In this document: positions 1 to 9,219 of the stretch, piece after piece
How positions within the stretch are numbered: the first letter of the stretch is position 1
Layout of the letters: every line of letters starts with the position of its first letter
Assembly: GCA_965199955.1 (NCBI GenBank)
Contig: CBDATQ010000002.1
Coordinates: 640,001-704,000, forward strand
DNA: 64,000 nt
Reading direction: 5' to 3'
From: Spirochaetia bacterium
GTDB taxonomy: Bacteria; Spirochaetota; Spirochaetia; SZUA-6; Bin103
Notes under the pieces: generated by a model
What the model saw: only the letters and a program-made list of their open reading frames with translations
Told to the model about the DNA's origin: nothing
The model's database searches: none
Position numbers and translations under genes: made by a program

Positions 1-238
1 GGTGACCGAGTGGAAGCGGGAAGGCGTTGCGCCGCTCTCCGGGCATATGCAGGCGCAGCGTGCGGTCGAACGGATGCGTCGCGTCGCGGGTGTCGGCCCG
101 GAACCCGCGCAGTTCGGTGCCGTGCTTGACGACCGACAGGACGCTGCGCAGGCGTACCTGGCCGGATCCGAGCTCCGGCTCCCGATACTGGATCAGGGCG
201 GGCATTCGCGGGGCGGTAGCTACCAGTGCGCGTGGCAT
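1..238 (-). CDS. Zinc-binding alcohol dehydrogenase (MDR) family protein, N-terminal part; runs off the window
   Basis: Manual translation from ATG at 238: MPRALVATAPRMPALIQYREPELGSGQVRLRSVLSVVKHGTEL...FPLPLGH, a typical MDR N-terminus. Absent from the ORF track because there is no stop in the window. Confidence 0.7.
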   Translation of the reverse strand, partial: MPRALVATAPRMPALIQYREPELGSGQVRLRSVLSVVKHGTELRGFRADTRDATHPFDRTLRLHMPGERRNAFPLPLGH

Positions 239-432
239 GACGTCGAACTCATCTGTTTCGCGAAGTCTCGGGCCTGGTCGGGATGGCGCAGTCGTGGGCT
301 ATGGGTACGAGCGATGGGCGTAGCGTCGACGTCCGGAATGACCACATAGACTTTGGTGTGCTCCGGGAGCACCGTGTCGCGTAGCCGAATCCGGCCGTCT
401 TCGACGAATCCCTCAACCGTCAGTGTTGCCAT
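220..432 (-). CDS. Small antitoxin-like protein (DUF104/AF2212-like)
   Basis: 70 aa; TVEGFVEDGRIRL...LPEHTKVYVVI resembles DUF104-like antitoxins; AGGTGAG upstream of the ATG. Confidence 0.45.
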   Translation of the reverse strand: MATLTVEGFVEDGRIRLRDTVLPEHTKVYVVIPDVDATPIARTHSPRLRHPDQARDFAKQMSSTSCHAHW

Positions 433-495
433 GTCTCACCTCTTGCGGCGCCGACTCGCCGAGGACGCTCGTGGCATCGACGTCGGCTTGCGACC

Positions 496-851
496 CTAAG
501 CCGAAGCCTCCGCGGAGCGAGCCATCCGCCCGATCGCGGTCGCCAACTCCGGTAGGTCGCGGTCCACAACGCTCCAGACCGCATCCAGGTCTATCCCGAG
601 GGACCCGTGCACGAGCACGTTGCGAAACCCGCTATGGCTTGCCACGGAACGTCCTTCTCGGTGGACTTGATCGCCGCGCTCAGGCGCTGCGTCGACTCGG
701 CCAGCGTTTGCAGATTCCGTACTACGGCATCCTGAACCAGACGGGAAGCATAGAATGTAGCTTGATCGCCGCCGGTATACTCACGAATTCGGTCGATACA
801 CTCTCGAATGTGCTCCAGGAATAACCGGTCCGAGTCCATGCTCGGTTTCAC
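496..851 (-). pseudogene. hepT: HepT-like (DUF86) ribonuclease toxin, frameshifted
   Basis: DRLFLEHIRECIDRIREY...QDAVVRNLQTLAES...VPWQAIAGF; after a 1-nt shift near 625 the frame continues RNVLVHGSLGIDLDAVWSVVDRDLPEL to TAG at 496-498. Confidence 0.85.
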
Positions 852-1132
852 AGCGGCTGCGCTTCCAGCAGGATCCGCTCGCGAAGGGCTGGGTGGAGAC
901 TGTTCTCGGTGACCACGTCCACGCGCCGTTGGAGGAGTTCCTGTACGTCCATCAGCAGCGCGCCGAGGCTGAGGCCGGTCCTCTGCGGAGGCAGCGACAC
1001 GAGCAGGTCGACGTCGCCGGCTTCACCAGCATCGCCCCGCGCCATGGATCCGAACACGCGCACGTCCCGGACCCCGTGTCGCGCTGCGATCGCCAGAATC
1101 TCGCTGCGGTGCTGGTCAATCAGGGAATGCAT
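848..1132 (-). CDS. mntA: Minimal nucleotidyltransferase antitoxin (MNT)
   Basis: VRVFGSMARGD...DVDLLV (GS...DxD motif); overlaps the HepT start. Confidence 0.9.
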   Translation of the reverse strand: MHSLIDQHRSEILAIAARHGVRDVRVFGSMARGDAGEAGDVDLLVSLPPQRTGLSLGALLMDVQELLQRRVDVVTENSLHPALRERILLEAQPL

Positions 1133-1574
1133 GGTATGGCATTAAGGATACCGACGATGCTCAAGGTACCGAAGCCATTGCTGACGCCATCTTGGATTCG
1201 GCCGAGGGCCGCTTGCACGACTTCCTGGAACAGGACCCCGAGCCTGAAAGCCGATCCTATGGCTCGCATGACGGTTTCGGGCCTATGCGATTGGTCGACC
1301 TCGTTCAGGACGTAATCCCAGGTCTCGTCATCGTGTGCCCCACCTGGTCCAGCACCGCGCACGCACTACTGAACAGCGCCAGCCAAGCGTACGGATCTTC
1401 GGTGTCCCGTGCGGCCGTCAAGACCGCGCGCCGCGCTCTCCTCACCACCGAAACGGGCAGCGACTCCTCGGGTGCTCTTGCCATGACGATGCAGATCTCG
1501 CCGAAGTAGGTGCCGACGCGATCCGCTGGTGATGTCTCGGGGGCTTGCGGATACGTTCGATCGAGGCTTCCCAC
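1120..1574 (-). pseudogene. Hypothetical protein split by a frameshift
   Basis: Two overlapping same-strand ORFs (1305-1574, 1120-1362) join into protein-like helical sequence around 1340; family not recognised. Confidence 0.35.
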
Positions 1575-1698
1575 GCATTCTCCAGGTCCACTCGACCGTC
1601 GTCATCCGGCTGCGCGATCATCGGCAGCAGTGGGCACCGTACACGATGTCGTATTGAACGGCCGCGGCCAAGGCGGGATCCTGGAGGATTACGGACGG

Positions 1699-2472
1699 TC
1701 AGCAGGCGAGGAGGCCGCCGTCGGGGGTGAGGGTGGAGCCGGTGAAGAAGCGGCCTTCGTCGGAGGCCAGGAAGACGACCAAGGCGCCGACGTCGCGGGG
1801 TGTGCCGGGGCCGAGGGGCGTCGTGCGGGTGTAAGTGTAGGGGCTCTGAGGGCTTGCCATCAGGTCGATGATGGGTTGCACGGTCTCCGTCTTGATGAAT
1901 CCGGGGGCGATGCAGTTGACCTGTATGCCGTGCCGCGCCAGTTCGAGCGCCATGACCTTCGTCAGCCCGATCACGCCGGCCTTGGCGGCGCAGTAGGCGG
2001 CGGCGAACTCCTCGCCGATCAGGCCCATGACCGAGGAGATGTGGATGATCCGGCCGGTGCCGCGCTCGATCATGTGGCGCGCTGCCGCCTGGCTGGCCAG
2101 AAAAACGCCCTTGAGATTCGCGTCAAGGACCTCGTCCCAGAGATCCTCGCTCATCTCCATGAAGGAGCTGAACTTGGCCATTCCCGAACGGCCGGCGTTG
2201 TTGACCAGGATGTCCAGTCCTCCGGTCCAGTCGAGCGCCGAGCGCACCAGCGCGTCGACCTGGGCGCGGTCGGTCACGTCGCTCCGCACGGCCAGCGCTT
2301 GGCCGCCGCTGTCGGCGATCGCCGCGGCCGCCTCCTGAGCCTTGTCGAGCCGCCGCTGGGCGATCACCACGCGGGCTCCTTCGTCTGCCAGGCGCTCGCT
2401 GATGCCGCGGCCGATGCCCACGCCGCCGCCGGTCACGATCGCGGTCTTGCCGTCCAGACGCTGCGCGCTCAT
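1699..2472 (-). CDS. SDR family oxidoreductase
   Basis: MSAQRLDGKTAIVTGGGVGIG, NNAG, YCAAK; ATGA overlap with the upstream SDR. Confidence 0.93.
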   Translation of the reverse strand: MSAQRLDGKTAIVTGGGVGIGRGISERLADEGARVVIAQRRLDKAQEAAAAIADSGGQALAVRSDVTDRAQVDALVRSALDWTGGLDILVNNAGRSGMAKFSSFMEMSEDLWDEVLDANLKGVFLASQAAARHMIERGTGRIIHISSVMGLIGEEFAAAYCAAKAGVIGLTKVMALELARHGIQVNCIAPGFIKTETVQPIIDLMASPQSPYTYTRTTPLGPGTPRDVGALVVFLASDEGRFFTGSTLTPDGGLLAC

Positions 2473-3251
2473 CTGGTCATGTAGCCGCCGTCGACGACGA
2501 TGACGGCCCCGGTCACGTAGGACGACTCGTCGGAGGCCAGCCACAGGGCGGTCTGCGCCACCTCGTCGGCCGTGCCTACGCGGCCGAGCGCGGTGCGCTC
2601 GCGCCAGAAGCGCGCCACGAACGGGTCCTCGTAAGAGCCGCGGGTCATCGGCGTGTCGATCGAGCCGGGGCAGATGGCGTTGGCGCGTACTCGCTTCGGA
2701 CCCCAGGTGCTGGCGACGCTGCGGGTGAAGGCGATGACGCCGCCCTTGCTGGCCGCGTAGGCGTCGTGGATGTCCTTGCCGGCGCGCAGGGCGGAGATCG
2801 AGGAGACGTTGATGATCGAGCCGCCTCCCGCGGAGACCAGGTGGGGGATCGCGAACTTGCAGCCCAGGTACACGCCCTTGAGGTTGACGGCGATGATGCG
2901 GTCCCAGACCTCCTCTTCCAGGTCCGGGGCCGGGCCGTCGGCGGGCAGCCAGACGCCGGCGTTGTTGTACAGGACGTGCAGCGCGCCGAACGTCCGCACC
3001 GCCGACTGCACGGCGGCCTCCACCTCTGCGGAGCGGGTGACGTCGACCACGGCGCCGAGCGCCGATCCGCCGGCGGCGCGGATACCGACCACGGTGGCGT
3101 CGACCGCCGCGGCGTCGCGGTCGCAGGCCGCCACGTGCGCCCCCTCCGCGGCGAACAGCGCCGCGGCGCTCCGCCCCATACCGCTGCCGGCGCCGGTGAT
3201 CAGCGCGATCCGGCCGGCCAGCCGGCCGCCGGCTCGGGGCGGGTCCGCCAT
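2469..3251 (-). CDS. SDR family oxidoreductase
   Basis: ITGAGSGMG, NNAG, YAASK, VVDGG. Confidence 0.93.
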   Translation of the reverse strand: MADPPRAGGRLAGRIALITGAGSGMGRSAAALFAAEGAHVAACDRDAAAVDATVVGIRAAGGSALGAVVDVTRSAEVEAAVQSAVRTFGALHVLYNNAGVWLPADGPAPDLEEEVWDRIIAVNLKGVYLGCKFAIPHLVSAGGGSIINVSSISALRAGKDIHDAYAASKGGVIAFTRSVASTWGPKRVRANAICPGSIDTPMTRGSYEDPFVARFWRERTALGRVGTADEVAQTALWLASDESSYVTGAVIVVDGGYMTR

Positions 3252-6200
3252 CAGCCCGCGCCCTGCCGGTCCGCGGCCCGCAGGCGCGCGGTCTCCGTCT
3301 CATCGACCGCGGGCAACCCGTCCGCTCCCGTGCGGATCGCCACGCCATACTCCCGTGCCGCGACCTCGGCCGACACGAACCCTTCGCGTACGTCGGCGAG
3401 CACCAGCTCGGCGTCCCGCTCGGACGGGTCGCCGTAGCCGGCGCCGCCGGCGGAATCGATGCGGATCCGGTCGCCGTCCCGCACCGCGACGTCCGCGAAC
3501 TTGGACGGGCTGACGACGCCGAAGGCCTGCGGAAAGGACAAGAGCTCCCGCTCGGCGACGCGCCGCACCCACACGCCGCCCAGGCCGCCGGAAGCGCCGC
3601 CGAACAGGCCCAGAGCCCCCGTCTTCACGTGGTCCATCATCATGCTCACCGTGACCTCCCCGCCGGTCACCTGCAGGTCGCGACGGGTGCCGAGGCCGCC
3701 TCGCCTGCGCCCGGCGCCGCCGGAGTCGCGGTTCAGGCCGTAGGAGAGCACCCGGAACGGGAACAGGGTCTCGAAGATCTCCACCGGCGTGTTGCGGCAG
3801 TTGCCGTGGATGTGGTTCTGGGCGCTGTTGCCGTCGGTGGCCGCGCGTCCGCCCCAGCCGCTCGCCTCGAAGTGGTAGTGGGCGTAATACTCGCCGGTGC
3901 CGGGGTGGACGCCGCCGAAGAGGAAGTTGCAGGAGGTGGCGCCCTCGGAGGCCATGGTCCGCTCCGGGACGGCCGCGGCCAGCGCGCGCAGGATCACGCC
4001 GACGATGCGCGGCTGGGTCTCGGTGTTGCCGCCCACCGACGGGCCGGGGTAGCGGACGTTCACGATCGAGCCGGGCGGCGCGATGATCGTGATCGGCCGG
4101 TAGCAGCCGGCGTTGCGCGGGATGTGGGTGCCGGTGACCTGCAGCACGGCGTTGTAGGTGGCCGAGGCGGTCACGCCGAAGGTGGCGTTGATCGGGCCGC
4201 GCGCCTGCGGGTCGGAGCGGGTGAAGTCGACCAGGACGCCGCCGCCGCGCACCACGACGGTGACGCGGATGACGTACGGGTCGCCGGTGATGCCGTCGTC
4301 CTCCAGGATCTCCTCTGCCGTGTACTCGCCGTCGGGAATGGCGGCGATCTCGGCGCGCATCAGGCGCTCCGAGTAGGCGATGAGCTGGCGGGTCGCCGCC
4401 AGCACGGCGGCGGCTCCGTAGCGGGCGAACAGCTCGTGGCAGCGCCGCTCGCCCACGTTCAGGGCGCCCAGCATGGCGTGGAAGTCGCCCCAGGTGGCGC
4501 GCGGCGTGCGGTGGTTGGCCATGACGATGCGCCAGATGTCGCGGTTGTGCTCGCCGCGGCTCATGAGCTTCACGGGGGGCAGGCGCAGCCCTTCCTGGAA
4601 CACCTCGGTGGCGTTGCTCGCGAACGAGCCGACCACCATGGCGCCGATCTCGGCGACGTGGCCGATGACCGCCACGAACAGGCGGAGCTCCTCGCCGTCG
4701 AACACGGGCTTCAGCAGGAGGTGCTCGGGCAGGTGGCAGCCGGCGCGGTAGGGGTCGTTGTGGATGACCACGTCGCCGGGGGCGAAGTTCCCGGCGACGA
4801 TCTCGCGGACCGTCCAGCGGACGGTGTGCGTCATCGCGCCGAGCTGTGCGGGGCAGAACTCGCCCTGGCCGACCAGCTCCGCTTCGGCGTCGAAGACCGC
4901 ACACGAGAAGTCCTTGGACTCGCTGAAGATGGGCGAGTAGGCGGCGTGCATCATGGCGGTGCCCATCTCGCGCGTGATGTTGGCCAGGCGGTTGTCGATG
5001 ATGGCCAGGGTGACCGGATCGAGCGCCGCTGCTTCGGCGGCGGTGCCGGCAGCGCCCGCGGTGGACGCTGCTGCCTCGCCTTCCGGCAGCGCCACGCGGA
5101 AGATGCCGTTGGGCAGCACCGACAGGGCGTGGCCGGCCGGGACCAGCGTCGTCGAGTCCAGTTCCTCGACGATCAGCGGGCCCGTCAGCGTGCAGGCGGC
5201 CGGCAACGCGTCACGCCGGTAGGCGGGATGGGCGCTGGCGCCGATCCGCACCGCGTGGCGCTCGCGCGGCTCCGGCGGCGAACCCGGCGCCAGCTCGGGA
5301 AGGGCGGGTGTGGCGGTGGCGCCGAACGCGGTGACGTTGAAGTGGATGATCTCCACCACCTCGCCGGGGAAGTGGTGGCCGTAGAAGCGGCGGTGCGCCT
5401 CGCCGAAGTCGTCGAGCAGGGCCTTGAGGGCATCGTCGTCGACCGGTCCCGGAGGGACGGGCACGTCCTGCTCGTAGCTCTGGCCGGCGTAGCGCATGCT
5501 GATCGAGCGCTGCACGACCGGCTCGCCCGCGCATCCCTGCTCATGCGCCTCCGCCACCGCCTCGCGCTGCAGGCGCTTCAGGGTGGCGTCGATCTCGGCG
5601 GCATCCGCCAGGTCCGATCGATGGAAGCGTGTCGCGCGCCTGTCCACGCGGACATCGGCGGCCAGCGCCCCGAACGCGGAAGTGAGTCCCGGGTGCGGAG
5701 GTACGATCATCTCTCGCATCCCGAGAGCCGCGGCCACCGCCGCGCCGTGCAGGGGGCCGGCGCCACCGAAGGCGACCAGCGCGAAGCGGCGCGGGTCGAT
5801 GCCGCGCTCCACGGTCAGGACGCGGATGGCGTCCGCCATCTGTTCGTTCACGAGATCGACGATCGCCGTAGCGGTCTCTTCCGTGCTCATGTCCAGCGCG
5901 CCACCCAGCTCTTCCATCGCGTGACGGGCGGCGGCGGCATCGAGCCGCATCTCGCCTCCCAGAAAGGAGCCGGGATCGATCCGGCCGAGCACCAGGTTGG
6001 CGTCGGTGACGGTCACCTGCTCGCCGCCGTGGCCATAGCAGACCGGGCCCGGCGTCGCGCCGGCGCTCTGCGGCCCCACCCGTAGCATGCCGCCCGCATC
6101 GATCCACGCGATCGAGCCGCCGCCGGCGCCGACGGTGCGCAGGTCGACGCTGGGCGCCGACACCGGCAGGCTGAAGTCGACCTCGTAGCCGGTCGTGTAG

Positions 6201-7129
6201 GAGATCTGCCCGCCGAGCACCAGGGCCACGTCGGTGCTGGTGCCGCCCATGTCGAAGGTGATCAGGTCGCGGCGGCCGGCCTGCTCTCCGAAGTAGCGTC
6301 CGCCGATCACGCCGCCGGCCAGTCCGGACAGCATGGTGTGGGCCGGCAACTCCCTGGCCGCGGCCGCTGCCACCTGTCCGCCGTTGGACTTCATGATGGT
6401 GAGGGCGCCGCCGAAGCGGCGCTCGCCCAGGCCCTGCTCCAGCTCCTCGATCCAGCCCGACATGCGCGGTCTGAGATAGGCGTCCAGGATGGCGGTGCTG
6501 CCGCGCTCGTACTCGCGCCACATCGGCGCGATGGCGCAGGCGGCCGAGACCGGCAGGTCGGGGAAGCGGCGGCGGAGGAACTCGGCCAGGCGCCGCTCGT
6601 GCTCGGGGTTCGCGTAGGAAAACAGCAGGTTCACCGCCAGCGCCGCGCCACGCGCGGGCGCCCCGCCATGCTCGGCGAGCCGCTCCGCGACCAGGCCGGC
6701 GACGCGCTCCAGCTCGTCGCCGGTCAATTCCGCGAGCACCTCGCCGCCGGCCGCCACCCGCTCGCGCACGCCGATGCAGTCGCGGCGCGCGACGAACGGC
6801 ACCGGCTTCTGCCACTGCAGGTCGTACGGGTCTTTCTTGTCGATCCGCTGGATGAACGGCACGTCCTGGAAGCCGTCCGTGGTCAGGTAGAGCACGCGGG
6901 CGCCGCGCCGCTCCAGCACGGCGTTGATGCCGAGCGTGGTGCCAAGCACCAGCAGCGACAGCTCCTCGGTCGGAACGCCGGAGCGCGCGAGCGCGTCGAA
7001 CACGGCGCGGCCGGGCTGGGCCGGCTTCGAGGGCACCTTGGCGATGTGCAGCAGGCCACGGCCGTCCGTGTCGACCGCGACCAGGTCGGTGAAGGTGCCG
7101 CCGGTATCGATGCCCATGCGATACGCCAT
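3251..7129 (-). CDS. Fused hydantoinase A/B (5-oxoprolinase/acetone carboxylase superfamily)
   Basis: GIDTGGTFTD, DMGGTSTD, GAGGGSIA (A domain); SKDFSCA, NDPY...HLPE, FQEGLRLPP, GGAGYGDP (B domain); GGAGGAG RBS before ATG 7129. Confidence 0.93.
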   Translation of the reverse strand: MAYRMGIDTGGTFTDLVAVDTDGRGLLHIAKVPSKPAQPGRAVFDALARSGVPTEELSLLVLGTTLGINAVLERRGARVLYLTTDGFQDVPFIQRIDKKDPYDLQWQKPVPFVARRDCIGVRERVAAGGEVLAELTGDELERVAGLVAERLAEHGGAPARGAALAVNLLFSYANPEHERRLAEFLRRRFPDLPVSAACAIAPMWREYERGSTAILDAYLRPRMSGWIEELEQGLGERRFGGALTIMKSNGGQVAAAAARELPAHTMLSGLAGGVIGGRYFGEQAGRRDLITFDMGGTSTDVALVLGGQISYTTGYEVDFSLPVSAPSVDLRTVGAGGGSIAWIDAGGMLRVGPQSAGATPGPVCYGHGGEQVTVTDANLVLGRIDPGSFLGGEMRLDAAAARHAMEELGGALDMSTEETATAIVDLVNEQMADAIRVLTVERGIDPRRFALVAFGGAGPLHGAAVAAALGMREMIVPPHPGLTSAFGALAADVRVDRRATRFHRSDLADAAEIDATLKRLQREAVAEAHEQGCAGEPVVQRSISMRYAGQSYEQDVPVPPGPVDDDALKALLDDFGEAHRRFYGHHFPGEVVEIIHFNVTAFGATATPALPELAPGSPPEPRERHAVRIGASAHPAYRRDALPAACTLTGPLIVEELDSTTLVPAGHALSVLPNGIFRVALPEGEAAASTAGAAGTAAEAAALDPVTLAIIDNRLANITREMGTAMMHAAYSPIFSESKDFSCAVFDAEAELVGQGEFCPAQLGAMTHTVRWTVREIVAGNFAPGDVVIHNDPYRAGCHLPEHLLLKPVFDGEELRLFVAVIGHVAEIGAMVVGSFASNATEVFQEGLRLPPVKLMSRGEHNRDIWRIVMANHRTPRATWGDFHAMLGALNVGERRCHELFARYGAAAVLAATRQLIAYSERLMRAEIAAIPDGEYTAEEILEDDGITGDPYVIRVTVVVRGGGVLVDFTRSDPQARGPINATFGVTASATYNAVLQVTGTHIPRNAGCYRPITIIAPPGSIVNVRYPGPSVGGNTETQPRIVGVILRALAAAVPERTMASEGATSCNFLFGGVHPGTGEYYAHYHFEASGWGGRAATDGNSAQNHIHGNCRNTPVEIFETLFPFRVLSYGLNRDSGGAGRRRGGLGTRRDLQVTGGEVTVSMMMDHVKTGALGLFGGASGGLGGVWVRRVAERELLSFPQAFGVVSPSKFADVAVRDGDRIRIDSAGGAGYGDPSERDAELVLADVREGFVSAEVAAREYGVAIRTGADGLPAVDETETARLRAADRQGAG

Positions 7130-7149
7130 CGGCCCCGCTCCTCCGGCCA

Positions 7150-7374
7150 CTACGTGCGCTCGGGAGGCGGATTCCCGATCCGCTCGTACCGCGGGACCCA
7201 GTAGGTGGCGTGGATGCGCTCGCAGGCGGGGCCGCAGAACCGCTTCACGTGCCCGCGCTCCTCCACCACCCAGACGCGGCCGGCGATCATCTGCCCGCAG
7301 AGCTCGCAGTGCACGATGTCCGTCGCGTACCACGCCGTGTCGAGCTGCCGCCAGCCGGTCACGGGGGCATCCAT
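7150..7374 (-). CDS. Small Cys4 metal-binding protein (TRASH/YHS-like zinc finger)
   Basis: 74 aa, MDAPVTGWRQ...HCELCGQMI...KRFCGPACERIH; stop 20 nt upstream of the hydantoinase start. Confidence 0.65.
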   Translation of the reverse strand: MDAPVTGWRQLDTAWYATDIVHCELCGQMIAGRVWVVEERGHVKRFCGPACERIHATYWVPRYERIGNPPPERT

Positions 7375-7701
7375 ATCGCGAGCATTATGACCACGTTTCC
7401 TCCGGATGGTAGTCTGACCCGTCGTGGCGCGGTGGCTGCCGGTTCTCGCCGGCCTGTCGCTGGTCGTGTCGGCGTGCTCCACAACCCGCTGATCGGCACG
7501 TGGTCGGGCAGTTGCGCCGCTCGGGACGGAGACGCCACCGCGGAGATCAGCCTCATGTTCAGGGACGACAAGGTCACCGTGTCCACGGAGGGGACGTGTC
7601 CAGCGGGACGTACCAACGGAAGGGAGACCGGCTGACGCTGGAGGTGGACTCCTGGTCCGGCTCCGCACGCTTCGAGCAGGTCCGCTCGGAGCTGACGCTA
7701 C

Positions 7702-7935
7702 ATGGACGCGGTCGCGTTCTGCGCGTGGCTTTCGGCGGCAGAGGGACGCACCTACCGCCTGCCCGAGGTCTACGAGTGGGAGTACGCCTGCCGCGCCGGC
7801 ACCGACACCCTGTTCTGGTGGGGCGAGCGGCCGGATCCGCGCTTCATGAACTACCCGGTGTCGCGCATCGGCCATCCGACGCCGGTCGGCTTCTATCCGC
7901 CGAACCCGTGGGGGTTCCACGACCTGCACGGCTAC
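7702..7935 (+). pseudogene. FGE-sulfatase (SUMF1-like) domain fragment
   Basis: DAVAFCAWLS...YRLPEVYEWEYACRAGT...PNPWGFHDLHG; N- and C-terminal parts missing. Confidence 0.75.
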
Positions 7936-8129
7936 CGTGACCGCCACGGCCGCGAGCACCTCGACGCAGGGCGGCGAGCGGATCGGCCACGTCAGCGCGC
8001 TGCCGATCACGGTGCGCAAGAAGGGCTGACGGCTGGCACCCAACGGGAACGTACGGTAACATCAGGCGTTGCGGTCGAGTCGAGGGAAGCCGCAGGCCCG
8101 GGTCTCTATCGCTCCAGGAGGATGAAGAA

Positions 8130-8780
8130 GTGGCTGACAACGCGTCCCAGGCGTATCCGGCGCGGCTCTCGGTGGCGTACCCCGACGGGCCGCGGGACCG
8201 GCTCTCGGTATTGGTGCGGATCCTTCTTGCCATACCGATCCTGATCATCGGCGCCCTCGTGACCGGATCCTCCCAGTTCGGCCATGCGGACCAGGGCTGG
8301 GACTTCGGCCGCACCGAGGCGATGGTGGGCGCGATCGGGTTGTTCCTGGCCACGGCGCTGATGATCCTGTTTCGCCAGAAGTACCCGCGCTGGTGGTTCG
8401 ACTGGAACCTGGAGGTGGCGCGGTTCACCACCCGGATCAACGCCTTCCTCCTCTTGCTGAGAGACGATTATCCGTCCACCGACGAGCGGCAGGCGGTGAC
8501 GGTGGACATCGACTACCCGGATGCGAAGAACGATCTCAACCGCGTGTTGCCGCTGTTCAAGTGGTTTCTGGCCATCCCGCACTACATCGTTCTGAGCGTG
8601 CTGGGTACAGTGAGCGTCGTGGTAGTCGTGCTCGGCTGGTTCGCGGTTCTGATCACCGGGAAGCTGCCGACGTCGATATTCCAGTTCCTGGAGGGCCTCA
8701 TGCGCTGGGGGCTCCGCGTCACCGCCTACGCGTTCCTGCTGACGACTGACCGCTATCCGCCGTTCCGGCTGGGCGAGTAG
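8130..8780 (+). CDS. DUF4389 domain membrane protein
   Basis: Duplicated unit ILLAIP...KYPRWWFD...DDYP / WFLAIPHY...TDRYPPF; AGGAGG upstream. Confidence 0.85.
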   Translation: MADNASQAYPARLSVAYPDGPRDRLSVLVRILLAIPILIIGALVTGSSQFGHADQGWDFGRTEAMVGAIGLFLATALMILFRQKYPRWWFDWNLEVARFTTRINAFLLLLRDDYPSTDERQAVTVDIDYPDAKNDLNRVLPLFKWFLAIPHYIVLSVLGTVSVVVVVLGWFAVLITGKLPTSIFQFLEGLMRWGLRVTAYAFLLTTDRYPPFRLGE

Positions 8781-8834
8781 CGTCCCCGATGATCTGACCG
8801 GTCGCGGGCGCGGGATCCGATCGGCAGATCGAGG

Positions 8835-9219
8835 ATGGTCCGCTTCGCCCTCAGACGGCTGGTCCACAGCGGGGCGCTGAGCGCGTCGCTGCTGCTGGCG
8901 GCGGTCTTCTGCGTCGCCGCGGTGGCGAGTGTCCCGATCTACACGCGCGGAGTCCTGCAGAAGCTGCTGCGCGCCGATTTGGAGGGGCTGCAGCACGCCG
9001 GAGCGACGTTCCCCGGACGGCTCCACGCGGAGCTCGATTTGCGGAGCTCGATTTCTCCCGCCCCGCGCGCGGCGGCTGATCAAGGTTGAGACGCTGTCCG
9101 GCCTTGCCGAACACGTGCGGATCACCCGCGGCCGCATGTTCGGCAGTGCCGGCTCCACCGCTGCAGCGGACGGGCCGTACGAGGCGATCGCCACCGGCGT
9201 GCAGTGGGTCAACACCCGC
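8835..9219 (+). pseudogene. FtsX-like ABC permease, N-terminal fragments
   Basis: MVRFALRRL...VASVPIYTRGVLQKLLRADLE, then an out-of-frame piece LAEHVRITRGRM; truncated against the AIPR 3' end. Confidence 0.5.

Noticed and set aside
1699..3348. 549-aa ORF as a single protein
   Set aside because: Only the last 257 aa form an SDR; the rest is an alternative frame over the neighbouring SDR
7702..7935. FGE-type domain as a DGR target
   Set aside because: Only a fragment, with no template repeat or reverse transcriptase in the window
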